Positions 28,738 through 38,626 of a stretch of DNA of 61,067 bases are shown here, piece by piece. This DNA is from Bradymonadia bacterium (GTDB lineage Bacteria > Myxococcota_A > Bradymonadia > UBA7976 > UBA1532). Made by a program: the position numbers and the translations under genes. How positions within the stretch are numbered: position 1 is the first letter of the stretch; each line of letters starts with the position of its first letter. Location: the NCBI GenBank assembly GCA_046290225.1, contig JBKAGE010000059.1, positions 1 through 61,067 of the forward strand, given 5' to 3'. The notes beneath the pieces are model-generated. The model was not told the origin of the DNA and searched no databases. It saw only the letters and a list, made by a program, of their open reading frames with translations.

Positions 28738-30080
28738 TGCAGCGGTGGCTCTCCTTCGCAGTGGTGGTGCAACTCAGCCTCTCGGGCTGTGGCTGGCTCA
28801 TCGGCGCTCAAGACGGCCGCGAGTGTGAGGCGGACGACGACTGTTTTACCGGGTGGACCTGCCAGGTCGACCGCGGACGCTGTGCCCGCTCACAACCTGG
28901 GACTGAGGGCCACCTCGGTGGTCAGGGCGGCAGTGGAGGCGGGCAAGGCGGCGCGGGGGCTGTCGACCAGGACTCGGGGTTGAGCGACGCAGGTTTCGAC
29001 GCAGAGCTCGGTGACGAGATCGACGCCGAGCTCGACGCCTCCATACCGGACGATGGCGTTCTCCCCGACCTGGGCACCATCAACCAGCTCGTACCCACCA
29101 CACCCGGCCCCCTACCGTTTCCCGAAGGCCGCTGCTTCGCAGATGAGCGGGGCGTCATCCCCACCCGCTCAGCCATCGACCCTCCCCGGGGCTGGTGCAG
29201 CACTGGTGGCGCCGTCTGGCTCGACGTCCAGGACAGCGGCGCCATGGCCCTGCAGATCGTCAACACCCCAGAGGGCGATCCCATCGAAGGCCCGCAAATA
29301 GACGCCAACGCTGAGCTGGTCATCGACGACGCAACGGTGCTCTACGAAGATCTGCTCGGTGATCAGCCCCGTATCATGCGCCTCGATGTGCTCGACCCCG
29401 AGTCTGGCCCCTCCCCACTCGAGGAGAGCTTGAGGGCTCAGAGCCAGCCCACTCAATGGCAAGGCATCTCGGGCTTTGTCGAGGCGGGCAACGCTGGGGA
29501 GAGCCGGGTGATCCTGCTCGACGAGACGGGCTTCCGGCTGGACTGCAGCGAGGGTCGCTCAGGCATCATCCAGTGGAGCCCGCTCGTCACCCCGGATCGC
29601 GTCGGCTGGTTCGAGCGCTCGGTCCCGAGCCCCGGGCGCTCGCAGCGTGTCGAGCTGGTGCTCACCACTGGCCTCGCCTGTGGACGCCGCATTGCTTTTT
29701 CCATTGATGATCCCGGGCCCGATGCCCGACTCCAGTCCAGTGGCGATCGATGGTTCTGGCTCGCCGACGGCCCTGATGGCCGCAAGGTTTTGTGGAGATT
29801 GGATTTCTTCGACAGGCTCGAAGGACCGCGCCTCCAAGAAGCCGTACAGCAAGATGTACCTGCCCCCGTTGAATTTGCCGTACACGGCGATCACCTGGCC
29901 GTGGTGGGCTACTCACCCAGCGGCTACCGCATGAATCTCTACGATTTGCTCTCGAACACCCGCGGCCCCCTCGGCGCCCCCCTCAACGTCCGACGTCCTT
30001 CGCTCTCGGCCCGGTTTGTGCTTTGGGCAGGACAAGGTGGCACAGCGGACTGGGAGATCAGATATGAAGCCCTCGAGTGA
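28737..30080 (+). CDS. Lipoprotein with a small Cys module and a beta-propeller-like domain
   Basis: Lipobox LSGC and CEADDDCFTGWTC. The start overlaps the previous stop (TGATG). Confidence 0.7.
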   Translation: MQRWLSFAVVVQLSLSGCGWLIGAQDGRECEADDDCFTGWTCQVDRGRCARSQPGTEGHLGGQGGSGGGQGGAGAVDQDSGLSDAGFDAELGDEIDAELDASIPDDGVLPDLGTINQLVPTTPGPLPFPEGRCFADERGVIPTRSAIDPPRGWCSTGGAVWLDVQDSGAMALQIVNTPEGDPIEGPQIDANAELVIDDATVLYEDLLGDQPRIMRLDVLDPESGPSPLEESLRAQSQPTQWQGISGFVEAGNAGESRVILLDETGFRLDCSEGRSGIIQWSPLVTPDRVGWFERSVPSPGRSQRVELVLTTGLACGRRIAFSIDDPGPDARLQSSGDRWFWLADGPDGRKVLWRLDFFDRLEGPRLQEAVQQDVPAPVEFAVHGDHLAVVGYSPSGYRMNLYDLLSNTRGPLGAPLNVRRPSLSARFVLWAGQGGTADWEIRYEALE

Positions 30081-31581
30081 TCGCCGCGGCAGGTTACATG
30101 CTCGCAGTTGGCTGATGCTGCTGTGGGTGTTGGCGGGCTGTGCCGACAGCGGCTTCGACAATGATTTTGGTGGCGGCGAGTTCCCCCCCGACATGGGTGG
30201 TGCTGGAGGCGAGGTGGGAGACGACATGGGCCCGCCCTGTCCTGAGCCAGGGACCTTCTGGGTTCAGGATCGATGTGTGGGTCCCGTGCCTGAAGAGCAA
30301 GCTGATCGTTGCCCCTTCGTGGCTGATCTCGTAGCAGGGTGCACGGACACAGACGGCGACTGTCACGTCGTGGACTGCACTCTGCCCCTGCCCGAGGCGC
30401 TCCTCGAATCCATCAGCGACTGTGACGACGGCCGCGGCGACGTGTGGGCGGGCGCGCCGGAGCTGTGTGATGGCCGGGACAATGACTGCGATGGGGAGAT
30501 CGACGAGGGCTTCTCCCTCGGCATGACCTGTGGGAACGCCTGTGGCCTCGGCCAGGTCGAATGCAGCGTCTTTGACCCGACCCGCGAGGCCTGCAGCACC
30601 GCCCAGGGGCAGTCGGAATACGACCCCCAGCCGGAGATGTGCGATGGCATCGACAATGACTGCGACGACGTCACCGACGAGCGCTGCATCCTGACGATCG
30701 ACGGTGTCGAGGCTGCACAGCAACCACATCTGTGCGGTGACCGACTGCTCTTCGTCTCCGGCGACACCCTCTACCAGACCCCTCGCCCGGTTGCGCCCAC
30801 CGATGGTGCGGCATCTGTACCTGAGAGGGTGCCTGACGGTGATCGACCTCTGAGTGTGCACTGCACAGTGAGTCATGTGGTGTGGCTACAGCGTGGTGAG
30901 GCGATCGAGCCCGAAACCGCCTGCGCGGACGAAGGTCAGCCGCTCAACTGCACCGCCAGCGTGATGCTCTGGCCCTTCGAAGGTGAGGCCGTGAACATCA
31001 CCGGCCTCGGACGCAACGGCCCCCCAGTCCTCAGCGACAGTCAGGTCTTGTGGCACAGCGTGCTCGAAGGGCGCCCGCTGCTCAAAGGTTGGGATCTGCA
31101 AATGCCAGGGGTCTCCGATCTGGGGATCGACCTGTCTGATCCTTCTCCCACAGCTGGCGCTCGGCTCGCCCTGCGGCGTTGGACCGATGATCAGAGCGAG
31201 GTACTGTTCCGTCAGGACTCTGGTGGCGACGTACTGCTCAGCGCCCCCATGGGCCCGGCGGGGCCAGCTCAGCTCAGCGAAGACTGGCTGGTGTGGCCCC
31301 TTCAAGGCGGTGGCCTCTGGGCTGTACCAGTAGATGCAGCAGGACCAGTGGACGCGGGCTTTCAAGCCGTCGGCGGCGAGGTGACAGCACCGCGCCTCGT
31401 CGGCTCGACCTTGCTCTGGCTCGAAAAAGACATGTTGTGGCGGCTCGATCTGGAGACCGGCGCTCGGTGGTTGATCGACGAGGGCAACGTGCCCGCAGGC
31501 GGCTACACCCTCGACGGCAACGATCTTATCTACAGCATGGATGGCGCGCTTCGATGGCACCGACAGGCCCTCGAAGACTGA
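30064..31581 (+). CDS. Lipoprotein with MopE-like/putative metal-binding Cys-Asp repeats and a propeller-like C-domain
   Basis: Lipobox LAGC; ELCDGRDNDCDGEIDE and EMCDGIDNDCDDVTDE. Confidence 0.78.
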   Translation: MKPSSDRRGRLHARSWLMLLWVLAGCADSGFDNDFGGGEFPPDMGGAGGEVGDDMGPPCPEPGTFWVQDRCVGPVPEEQADRCPFVADLVAGCTDTDGDCHVVDCTLPLPEALLESISDCDDGRGDVWAGAPELCDGRDNDCDGEIDEGFSLGMTCGNACGLGQVECSVFDPTREACSTAQGQSEYDPQPEMCDGIDNDCDDVTDERCILTIDGVEAAQQPHLCGDRLLFVSGDTLYQTPRPVAPTDGAASVPERVPDGDRPLSVHCTVSHVVWLQRGEAIEPETACADEGQPLNCTASVMLWPFEGEAVNITGLGRNGPPVLSDSQVLWHSVLEGRPLLKGWDLQMPGVSDLGIDLSDPSPTAGARLALRRWTDDQSEVLFRQDSGGDVLLSAPMGPAGPAQLSEDWLVWPLQGGGLWAVPVDAAGPVDAGFQAVGGEVTAPRLVGSTLLWLEKDMLWRLDLETGARWLIDEGNVPAGGYTLDGNDLIYSMDGALRWHRQALED

Positions 31582-31599
31582 GCAAGGGCTCTCCTCTGC

Positions 31600-32295
31600 T
31601 CAGGGCGCAGCCCTGAATCGATAGCCCACCCCACGCACAGTCTCGACATAGGTGCCTACGACGCCGAGCTTGTCCCGCAGACGGCGAATGTGGGTATCGA
31701 CAGTGCGTGTGCGCATGCCAGCGGGCAGCCCCCAGACATCAGTGAGCAACACATCTCGGGTCTGCACCACACCTCTCCGGGCGAGGAAGGTGCTGAGCAA
31801 CCGGAACTCCAAAGCAGTCAGCTCCAACTCTTCGGTGTTCACCCACGCCCGGTGCGCCCCCGAGTCGAGGCGCAGCGGGCCGAAGCTCTCTTCTACCGGG
31901 GCGGTGTCATTGAGACGTGCGCGCCGAAGCAACGCCTTCACCCGCAACATGACCTCGCGCGTGGAGAAGGGCTTCACCACATAGTCGTCGGCCCCGACCT
32001 CGAAACCCACCACCCGATCGATCTCCTCGCTGCGGGCGCTCAGAATCAGCACCGGCACGTGCTGGGTACGCTCTGATCGCCTCAAGCGTCGGCAAATCTC
32101 GGTGCCGGGCATGTCGGGCAACATGAGATCGAGGATCACCAGCTCAGGGGTGTTCGGGCCCTCGGCGATCTCGAGGGCGGTGACGCCATCATGGGCCACC
32201 ATGACTGTGTACCCGTGCAGCTCGAAGGCATACTGCAGGGCTGTGGTGATGTCGGGCTCGTCGTCGACCACCAGAATCCGACCGGCGCTGGACAT
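31600..32295 (-). CDS. OmpR/PhoB-family response regulator (PhoB-like)
   Basis: LVVDDE, LDLMLP, EEIDRVVGFEVGADDYVVKPFS, RTVDTHIRRLR and TVRGVGYRF motifs. Confidence 0.93.
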   Translation of the reverse strand: MSSAGRILVVDDEPDITTALQYAFELHGYTVMVAHDGVTALEIAEGPNTPELVILDLMLPDMPGTEICRRLRRSERTQHVPVLILSARSEEIDRVVGFEVGADDYVVKPFSTREVMLRVKALLRRARLNDTAPVEESFGPLRLDSGAHRAWVNTEELELTALEFRLLSTFLARRGVVQTRDVLLTDVWGLPAGMRTRTVDTHIRRLRDKLGVVGTYVETVRGVGYRFRAAP

Positions 32296-32353
32296 ATGGG
32301 CCTCCCGATGATTGCGAGGTCATGGGCTTACATGCACTCGGTAGCTTGCCTGT

Positions 32354-32418
32354 GTGACGTTCTGATGACTTCAGAGCAACAATCCCCAGAGTTCTTGCGG
32401 TCTTCACCTGCGTGTCAC
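32354..32418. promoter_or_regulatory. PHO-box-like 11-bp-spaced direct repeats on both strands
   Basis: Minus strand GTTGC/GTCAT/GTCAC (plus-strand starts 32376/32365/32354); plus strand TTCAC/GTCAC at 32403/32414. Confidence 0.55.
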
Positions 32419-32500
32419 GCGAAGTCCTCTCCGCTGACGCGCTGACGTGGCATACCCCTCATCACCTGCACCACAGCATCTGCACCATGAGGACGGCCTG

Positions 32501-34036
32501 ATGTTTGGAGAGCGCCTCCGCCCACACGCCACCTTGCTCTGCCTCCTGCCGTGCGTACTCACTCTGCTCGGCGCCTGCAGCGACAGTGTGGATGATGCCC
32601 GGCGGCCTTGGCTGAGATCCTACGTCATCGACGAGAACCGCGCCCTCTTCGAGCGCAGCCCGGCGCTCACCGAAGGCAAAATGATGAAGATGGCGAGTGG
32701 GCTCTACCCCTGGTTCAGAGGCACGCTGGGGGTGTTTCACGCCGACACCATCGCCCCGAACCCTGGGGCGCTGCCGACCCGCTACGGCAGCCCCAGGTCG
32801 AGCCGTGTACTGGTCCTCGGCGACCCCCATCCTGAGAACATTGGCTCTTTTCGCGCCGGCGACGGCACACTGCTGGTGGAGTTCAACGACTTCGACGCCT
32901 GTGCCTTCGGTCCGTACCACCTCGACGTGAGACGCCTGGCCCTCGGTGTCTACATCGCCGGGATCTCTGCCGCCATGAGCCCCGAGGGCCGAGACGCTGC
33001 GACCCAACAGGTGGCCGTGGGCTATCTCGAAGAGATTCAGGCCCTCCTCGCCGGAGCCGAAGGTGTGCAGCTGCGCCGTCTCGCAGGGCACGGCACCCTC
33101 GTGGACGACCTGCTCCGAAGAGCCCACCGTGACGGGGGTGATCAAGAACACCTCAACACCTATTCTGCCGTCGATGAAGATGGCGTACGCCACATGATCT
33201 ATGGCGAGCTGGATCCGCCAGAAATCCCCGGTGTCTACGCTGACGAGGTGATGGAAGTCTCCTTTGAAGAGCGAGCGCTGGTCGAAGCCGCCCTCGCCGC
33301 GTACCCACAGAGTCTTGTGGTGATGCCGGGGCAACAGCCCTACACCCCGGAGATGTTCGCCCTTAAGGGGATCTCTCGTCGCCTCGGCTCCGGGGTGTCG
33401 AACTACCCGGTGCTGCGCTACTACGCCCTCGTGGAAGGCCCCACGACCGACCCACACGACGACTGGTTGCTCGAGCTCAAGGAGATCAGCGATCCCCCAG
33501 CCTTCGAGGGGCTGATCCGATACCCCCTTCGGCGTTTCGCCTCCAACGCCGAGCGCGTGGTGCTGGCCCAGCGCACCCTGCAAGAGCGACTCGATGACGA
33601 TCCCCTGCTGGGTTGGGCCGAAGTGCCACCCCTCAACTTCCGCGTGCGCCACCGCACCAGCTACCAGAAGGGCATCAGCGTCTCTCGAATGGCCGAGAAA
33701 CTCGCCGAGGGCGACTGGACCGAGGACGACATCATCGCCTTCGCTGAGCGCTCTGGTCGGCTGCTCGCCCGAAGCCACGCCCTGGCCCCCACCCTCGACG
33801 CCGATCGCGGTCTGGAGGCCATCGCCGAGGCCCTCGGGCTCTCTGCTCCAGGTGCCCACCCCCTCGAGCAGCAGGTGAGCCTCGCAGAGCCCGCCGGGTT
33901 CGTGGAGGAGACTTTGCTCTTCGTCTCTCAGTACGGCCCCCGTGTGGTGGCTGACTACGCTCTCTTCGTCGACATGGTTGAATCTGAAGGGCCTCGCCTG
34001 GGCTACCGCGCCGGCCGAGGTGCGGTGATCCGTTGA
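32501..34036 (+). CDS. DUF2252-family kinase-like lipoprotein
   Basis: KMASGLYPWFRGT, GDPHPENIG, NDFD and LELKE motifs; lipobox LLGAC. Confidence 0.8.
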   Translation: MFGERLRPHATLLCLLPCVLTLLGACSDSVDDARRPWLRSYVIDENRALFERSPALTEGKMMKMASGLYPWFRGTLGVFHADTIAPNPGALPTRYGSPRSSRVLVLGDPHPENIGSFRAGDGTLLVEFNDFDACAFGPYHLDVRRLALGVYIAGISAAMSPEGRDAATQQVAVGYLEEIQALLAGAEGVQLRRLAGHGTLVDDLLRRAHRDGGDQEHLNTYSAVDEDGVRHMIYGELDPPEIPGVYADEVMEVSFEERALVEAALAAYPQSLVVMPGQQPYTPEMFALKGISRRLGSGVSNYPVLRYYALVEGPTTDPHDDWLLELKEISDPPAFEGLIRYPLRRFASNAERVVLAQRTLQERLDDDPLLGWAEVPPLNFRVRHRTSYQKGISVSRMAEKLAEGDWTEDDIIAFAERSGRLLARSHALAPTLDADRGLEAIAEALGLSAPGAHPLEQQVSLAEPAGFVEETLLFVSQYGPRVVADYALFVDMVESEGPRLGYRAGRGAVIR

Positions 34037-35223
34037 ACCTGTGCGCCAGAGTCCTTGCCTTCGTTTTCCCGTTGCTGTGGGCGCTGAGCGCCTCAGGGCG
34101 GCCCTCCGACGGCCCACCCTACGCCATCCCGCCGCCGCCCCCCCTGGGCGAGGGCACCGGTGACTTCGAGCCCTTCCCCAGCGCCCTGCCTCCGCAAGGT
34201 CGCCAGCTCCAGCTCGATACGGAGCTGTTCGCGGGCTATGCCATGGACGAGGTGCCTGATGGTGAGACCTTCGACGAGTTCTTCCTCGAGCGGGCCCAGG
34301 TGGGTGTCCGTGGCCGTTGGACGCCAGAGCTCGGCGCCGAACTTCGCCTCGAGGCGGTCCGTGCGGCGACGCCGGACTCCGTGGTGGGTGTGGACGGCGA
34401 CTCGCTGGTGATGCGGGTGAAGCGGGCCCGGGTGAGCTGGCAGCTGGTCCTCCTGGGCGCTCAGTTTCGTGTCGAGGGCGGGCTGGCCCCGGACATCTGG
34501 ATCGAGACCCTGGAGCGCGCCTATCGACTGCGTGGCGTAGCCTCGACGCTGGTGCAGCGCGGCGGGTTCTCCGATCAGGCCGATCTGGGGGTCATCGTCG
34601 GCGCTCAGCTCTTCTCGGGCAAATTGCGCCTGATGGCGAGCCTCACCAACGGCGAGGGGCGCAACGAGCGGGAGCAGAACTCGGGCAAGAACGCCACAGT
34701 GGTGGCCTCGGTGAAGGCCCTCACAGGCCGACTCTGGGGCGGGCCCTTGGACGTCTCGCTCCACGGGATGTACCGCAGCGGCTCCCGGGGCGTGGGCCTC
34801 GCCCGCGACGATCGTCTCGGCGGCGCGGTGACGGTGCTGCACCCCCGCGTGGGCCTCGGCGTAGCCTACACCGCCGCTGACGGCTACGCAGGCCGCGCCA
34901 CCCTTGAGGCCACGGCCCTGGAGAGCTGGCTCGAGGTTGTGGTGTCGCCTCGACTGCTCGGCCTGTTCGGTCGCTTTGATCAGTGGGATCCCGCAGCTCA
35001 GGACGCAGCTCTCGACGCGACCCGCAACCGCATCACGGGGGGCGTGTTCACCCATGTGGCGGGCAGCACGACTACGCTGGAGCGTGTAAGACTCTACGTG
35101 TTCGTACAGCAAGACGCCTTCGGCACTGATGCTGGCCCTGTCCCCGGCGTGGGTGATGCTGGTGAGTTCACGCGCTATGGCGTCTCCGTGGAGGTCCGCG
35201 GCGCCCGGGACATCAGCCGCTGA
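34033..35223 (+). CDS. Outer-membrane porin-like beta-barrel (OprO/P-like)
   Basis: Signal peptide, F.LERAQVG, ADLG and TNGEG..E.NSGK motifs, amphipathic strands; overlaps the DUF2252 stop. Confidence 0.6.
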   Translation: MNLCARVLAFVFPLLWALSASGRPSDGPPYAIPPPPPLGEGTGDFEPFPSALPPQGRQLQLDTELFAGYAMDEVPDGETFDEFFLERAQVGVRGRWTPELGAELRLEAVRAATPDSVVGVDGDSLVMRVKRARVSWQLVLLGAQFRVEGGLAPDIWIETLERAYRLRGVASTLVQRGGFSDQADLGVIVGAQLFSGKLRLMASLTNGEGRNEREQNSGKNATVVASVKALTGRLWGGPLDVSLHGMYRSGSRGVGLARDDRLGGAVTVLHPRVGLGVAYTAADGYAGRATLEATALESWLEVVVSPRLLGLFGRFDQWDPAAQDAALDATRNRITGGVFTHVAGSTTTLERVRLYVFVQQDAFGTDAGPVPGVGDAGEFTRYGVSVEVRGARDISR

Positions 35224-35332
35224 ACAGTTCAGCCTTGCCTTGACTTCTGTGGCCCTTGGCGCCTAACTTCCCGCGCATGTATGCCCGATTTTCGACGGGC
35301 CACCACCCACGACGCCTTTTGACGGAGTCTGC

Positions 35333-36646
35333 ATGCGTCGGCTGCTCGCCTTCACCCGAGGCCTTGCCCAAAGCACGGCCCTGATCACCGCGCTGGCCTC
35401 AGCGCTCGCTTCCCTGCCCACCGAGTCTTCGGCCCTCGGTGGTGTGGTCACTGTCGACGGCGAGTCGGCCACCTTCGACGCTTCGCGCACATTCCTCGTC
35501 CGCGGCGCCGAGACGGTGCAGCTCGTGACGCAGCTGCGTTACGACGGTAGCCCCACGGCCTTCGCCTGGGTGCTCCCTATCCCTGACGCAAACCCTGATG
35601 ACGGGGTGGTGATCAACACCAGCTTCGGGCAAGAGGCCTTCGATGCCCTCGAGGCCGCCACGCTGCCCACCTTCGAAGGTCAGTGCGACGGCGCTCCCAA
35701 CGGCGAATCCACCACCTTCCAGTTCCGGGAGAGCTTCGGCCCCATGCCCCCCGAGGCGCCGGGCCAGCGCATCTTCCGCCGGGCCGAGCTCGACGCAGCG
35801 AAGACCTACATCACCGACACCCTCGGTTATGTACTCACCGACTCGATGTCCGAAGCCATGGACGCCGCGGCCGATCGCAACTACATGTTCGCCATCGTCA
35901 ACGTGCCCCTGGGCAATATCCCCCGGGTAGATCCCGTGGTGAGCGCCACCTACCCCAACAATGGTGATCCTCAGGTCTTCCTGCGCCTCGCCGCGGCGAA
36001 CCTGACGAACAACAGCCGCGTGGACATGCTCTTCTGGCTGTTCGACGGTGCCCGCACCCGGGCCAACCTCCCCACTCGAACCCTGGAGTTCGACGGGGTG
36101 AACTTCACGTCTCCTCTGGCCACGAACTACGACCAGATCTTCGAGGACACGGTGGACGCAGTGCAGTCCCAGGCCCTCGTGGTGGAGTACGCCGACGAGA
36201 TCGCCAACGCCGGCATCGACAATGGTGATCTGAACACCTTGCTCGGCGATGCCGGCGTGACCTGGGTGACCCGCTTGCGGGCCCGCTTCCAGGAGCCCAC
36301 TCTGCGCAACAACGCCGCCAACCTCAGCTTCCGCGCCGACGACGACACCGCCGCCTACAGCGCAGCCCACGTCATCGAGGGCTCGGACTGTGGGGGTGAC
36401 CTGGCCGACATGGGCGTCGTCGAGGCCGACATGGGCGTCGTCGAGGCCGATATGGGCGTCGTCGAGGCCGACATGGGCGCTGGTGGCGAGCCCGACGCCG
36501 CCATCACCGCTGATGGTGGCGCTGATGGCGGTGACGGCGACGGTGGTGGCGGCAGCTGCGCCGTCTCTGCTGGCCGCACCTCCGCCCCCTTCTTCCTGCT
36601 CTCATTGCTCCTGCTCGGGGCCGGGATCTCGCGGCGCCGCCGCTGA
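35333..36646 (+). CDS. DUF2330-like surface protein with a MYXO-CTERM sorting signal
   Basis: FAWVLPIP and WVTRLR motifs; C-terminal GGGSCAV..FFLLSLLLLG..RRRR. Confidence 0.75.
   Translation: MRRLLAFTRGLAQSTALITALASALASLPTESSALGGVVTVDGESATFDASRTFLVRGAETVQLVTQLRYDGSPTAFAWVLPIPDANPDDGVVINTSFGQEAFDALEAATLPTFEGQCDGAPNGESTTFQFRESFGPMPPEAPGQRIFRRAELDAAKTYITDTLGYVLTDSMSEAMDAAADRNYMFAIVNVPLGNIPRVDPVVSATYPNNGDPQVFLRLAAANLTNNSRVDMLFWLFDGARTRANLPTRTLEFDGVNFTSPLATNYDQIFEDTVDAVQSQALVVEYADEIANAGIDNGDLNTLLGDAGVTWVTRLRARFQEPTLRNNAANLSFRADDDTAAYSAAHVIEGSDCGGDLADMGVVEADMGVVEADMGVVEADMGAGGEPDAAITADGGADGGDGDGGGGSCAVSAGRTSAPFFLLSLLLLGAGISRRRR
36404..36479 (+). repeat. Coding 21-bp tandem repeat (ADMGVVE) x3.6
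   Basis: gccgacatgggcgtcgtcgag units in the linker before the MYXO-CTERM. Confidence 0.9.
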
Positions 36647-36696
36647 GCCTTCCCCCACGTATTCGTGAACTCTCCACACCGCACAACAGGTTATCC

Positions 36697-37659
36697 ATGA
36701 CCGATACCGTCCCTCAGATCGAGGGCTTCGCCGAGGGCGCCTGGCAGCCCGAGGTGTATGCCGCTCTGTGTGATCTCGTCACTCAACACGGTCTCTACGC
36801 CGAGGGGTACGACCCCGAGCGTCCACCCCTGGTGGTCTTCGACTGCGACGAGACTCTCATCGCCCACGACATCGGCGAGGCCCTGCTGCGGTTCATGATC
36901 ACCCGCCGCCGCATCCACGCGGATCGGGGTTTCTGGAACCTGATCCCCGAGCGCATGGGCCGCGAGGCCATCCGGGCGGCATTCAACGCCGTGGCGGGCC
37001 GTGCGGACAACGAGGTCAAGGACACTGCGGCCTACCGCCGTTACCGTGCAGGCCTCATCGGCGTGTACGAGAACATCCGGGCAAACCCCGAGGGCCCTCA
37101 GGCGGCGTACGCCTTCGCCGCCCGTATGCTCCGCGGCATCCACGAGCGCACGGTGGCTGATCTGGTGGAAGAGGTGGTGGATCACGAGCTGGACCGCTCT
37201 CTGGGTATGGAAGACATCCCCGCGGGCCCGCCCTTCCACCACCTCTCGGTACCTCAGGGCGTTCGCTACTACGCCGAGATGCTGAACCTGATGCAGATCC
37301 TGGATCAGCACGGGTTCCAGGTCTGGGTGGTGTCGGCGTCCTGCGCGCCGGTGGTGAAGGCACTTCTGGGCCGCGTGAATCTGCCCCCGGAGCGTGTGCT
37401 CGGGGTGGAGCTTCAGACTCAGTCGGGCGTCTACACGGATCGCATCATCGAGCCTTCACCTGTGGGTGAAGGCAAGCTGGAGCTGTTCCTCGACACGGTG
37501 GGCCGCAGCCCGATGCTGGTGGTGGGCGACTCGATCAACGACGCGGAGCTGATGGAGAACTGCGAAGGCATCTCCATCGTGGTGGACCGCGGCGACGAAG
37601 CCCTGGCCGCGATGGCGCAAGAGAACGGCTGGTTCATTCAGGGCGAGCTGACTCTCTAA
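36697..37659 (+). CDS. HAD-superfamily phosphatase (SerB/PchP-like)
   Basis: FDCDET motif I, VSAS motif II, GK motif III and GDSIND motif IV. Confidence 0.88.
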   Translation: MTDTVPQIEGFAEGAWQPEVYAALCDLVTQHGLYAEGYDPERPPLVVFDCDETLIAHDIGEALLRFMITRRRIHADRGFWNLIPERMGREAIRAAFNAVAGRADNEVKDTAAYRRYRAGLIGVYENIRANPEGPQAAYAFAARMLRGIHERTVADLVEEVVDHELDRSLGMEDIPAGPPFHHLSVPQGVRYYAEMLNLMQILDQHGFQVWVVSASCAPVVKALLGRVNLPPERVLGVELQTQSGVYTDRIIEPSPVGEGKLELFLDTVGRSPMLVVGDSINDAELMENCEGISIVVDRGDEALAAMAQENGWFIQGELTL

Positions 37660-37665
37660 CAGCTC

Positions 37666-37817
37666 CGGCGCTGCGGCGGCGTCAGCCGCCCTTTGCTACG
37701 GCGCTGCGCCGGCGTCAGCCGGCGTGACGCCGGCGATTTCCCGCCCAGCTACGACCTTTCCGTCCTCGGGGTAGCGCTGGCAAAAGCCTTCGCTACCCCT
37801 GTGGGTGAAAGCCCGCA
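37666..37817. repeat. Cluster of four hairpins / REP-like palindromes
   Basis: GGCGGC-gtca-GCCGCC(cttt); CGCCGGCGTCA..TGACGCCGGCG (37707-37735); GGGGTAGCG..CGCTACCCC (37768-37799); GTGGGT-GAAA-GCCCGC. Confidence 0.6.
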
Positions 37818-37987
37818 TCTGAACGAGAACTCACCGACCTCACGACGACTGCCGCCACCTCCGCGCCTCCGCGGGGCACGTGCATGTGTGGGTTATGGCT
37901 TTGTAGAGCCGGGGGATGACAGATGATTGAAGGGAGTGCACCTGCTGTACGGTATTGATACTCAGTGTAGAGGTGATGGGAGGACCG

Positions 37988-38449
37988 ATGGGACTACCAC
38001 ATGACACAAAACATTACTTCCTGACGTTTCAATTATTTGCACAGCACAGCGTCGAGCGTCTTGCTGCTCATTTAGAGATGCCGTGTATTGGGCATTACTG
38101 GCACGAGGTTTGGGTTGCAGGGCGTGCCATCGCAAAACGTAGCCCCATGAGGACCTTCGAATTCATTGACGAACATGGTGCGCTCAAGGTGCACTTCCAC
38201 GGCGCAGGCTGCGGGTTTCACTGCGACCAATACTCTATAGACTTCAACGTACGTATCGGGCGCTCGGTACACTCACTCGCCTTCCGATATCGTCCTGACC
38301 CGTTCCGCTTGCACTCATTCTTCAACTCGCTCAACCGGCTCATGACTGAAGACGAGGCCAACCAATTGTTCGACCAGGGCGATGAGGCCGGTTATTTCCA
38401 CGGATACCTTATGAAATGGTTCGACCAGCCCATGGAAGACATCCCATAG
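37988..38449 (+). CDS. Small lower-GC hypothetical protein (HGxGC motif, DUF6896-like)
   Basis: GGAGG RBS; FHGAGCGF...IDFN; more A/T-rich codons than the flanking genes. Confidence 0.6.
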   Translation: MGLPHDTKHYFLTFQLFAQHSVERLAAHLEMPCIGHYWHEVWVAGRAIAKRSPMRTFEFIDEHGALKVHFHGAGCGFHCDQYSIDFNVRIGRSVHSLAFRYRPDPFRLHSFFNSLNRLMTEDEANQLFDQGDEAGYFHGYLMKWFDQPMEDIP

Positions 38450-38548
38450 GCAAGCTATAGACCTGCTCAATATCACCGCCACAACCCTCTCTCCACCAGG
38501 CGCTCGACGCACCCAATCACCCATCCAACCGCCCAGGGATCTTCGACT

Positions 38549-38578
38549 CGTGCCCGTGCCCGTGCCCGAAAACTCTCT
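38549..38578 (+). repeat. Dispersed intergenic element (CGTGCC)n-CGAAAACTCTCT, copy 2
   Basis: cgtgcccgtgcccgtgcccgaaaactctct. Confidence 0.7.
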
Positions 38579-38626
38579 CCCCCAAGAAACAGGATCCCAC
38601 CCACCCCTTCAGGCTATAGTCCGCCC

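Noticed and set aside
37768..37820. c-di-GMP-I riboswitch or group II intron fragment (GGCAAAAGCC, GGTGAAAGCCC)
   Set aside because: Element order and stems do not fit GEMM, and no domain V or reverse transcriptase is present.
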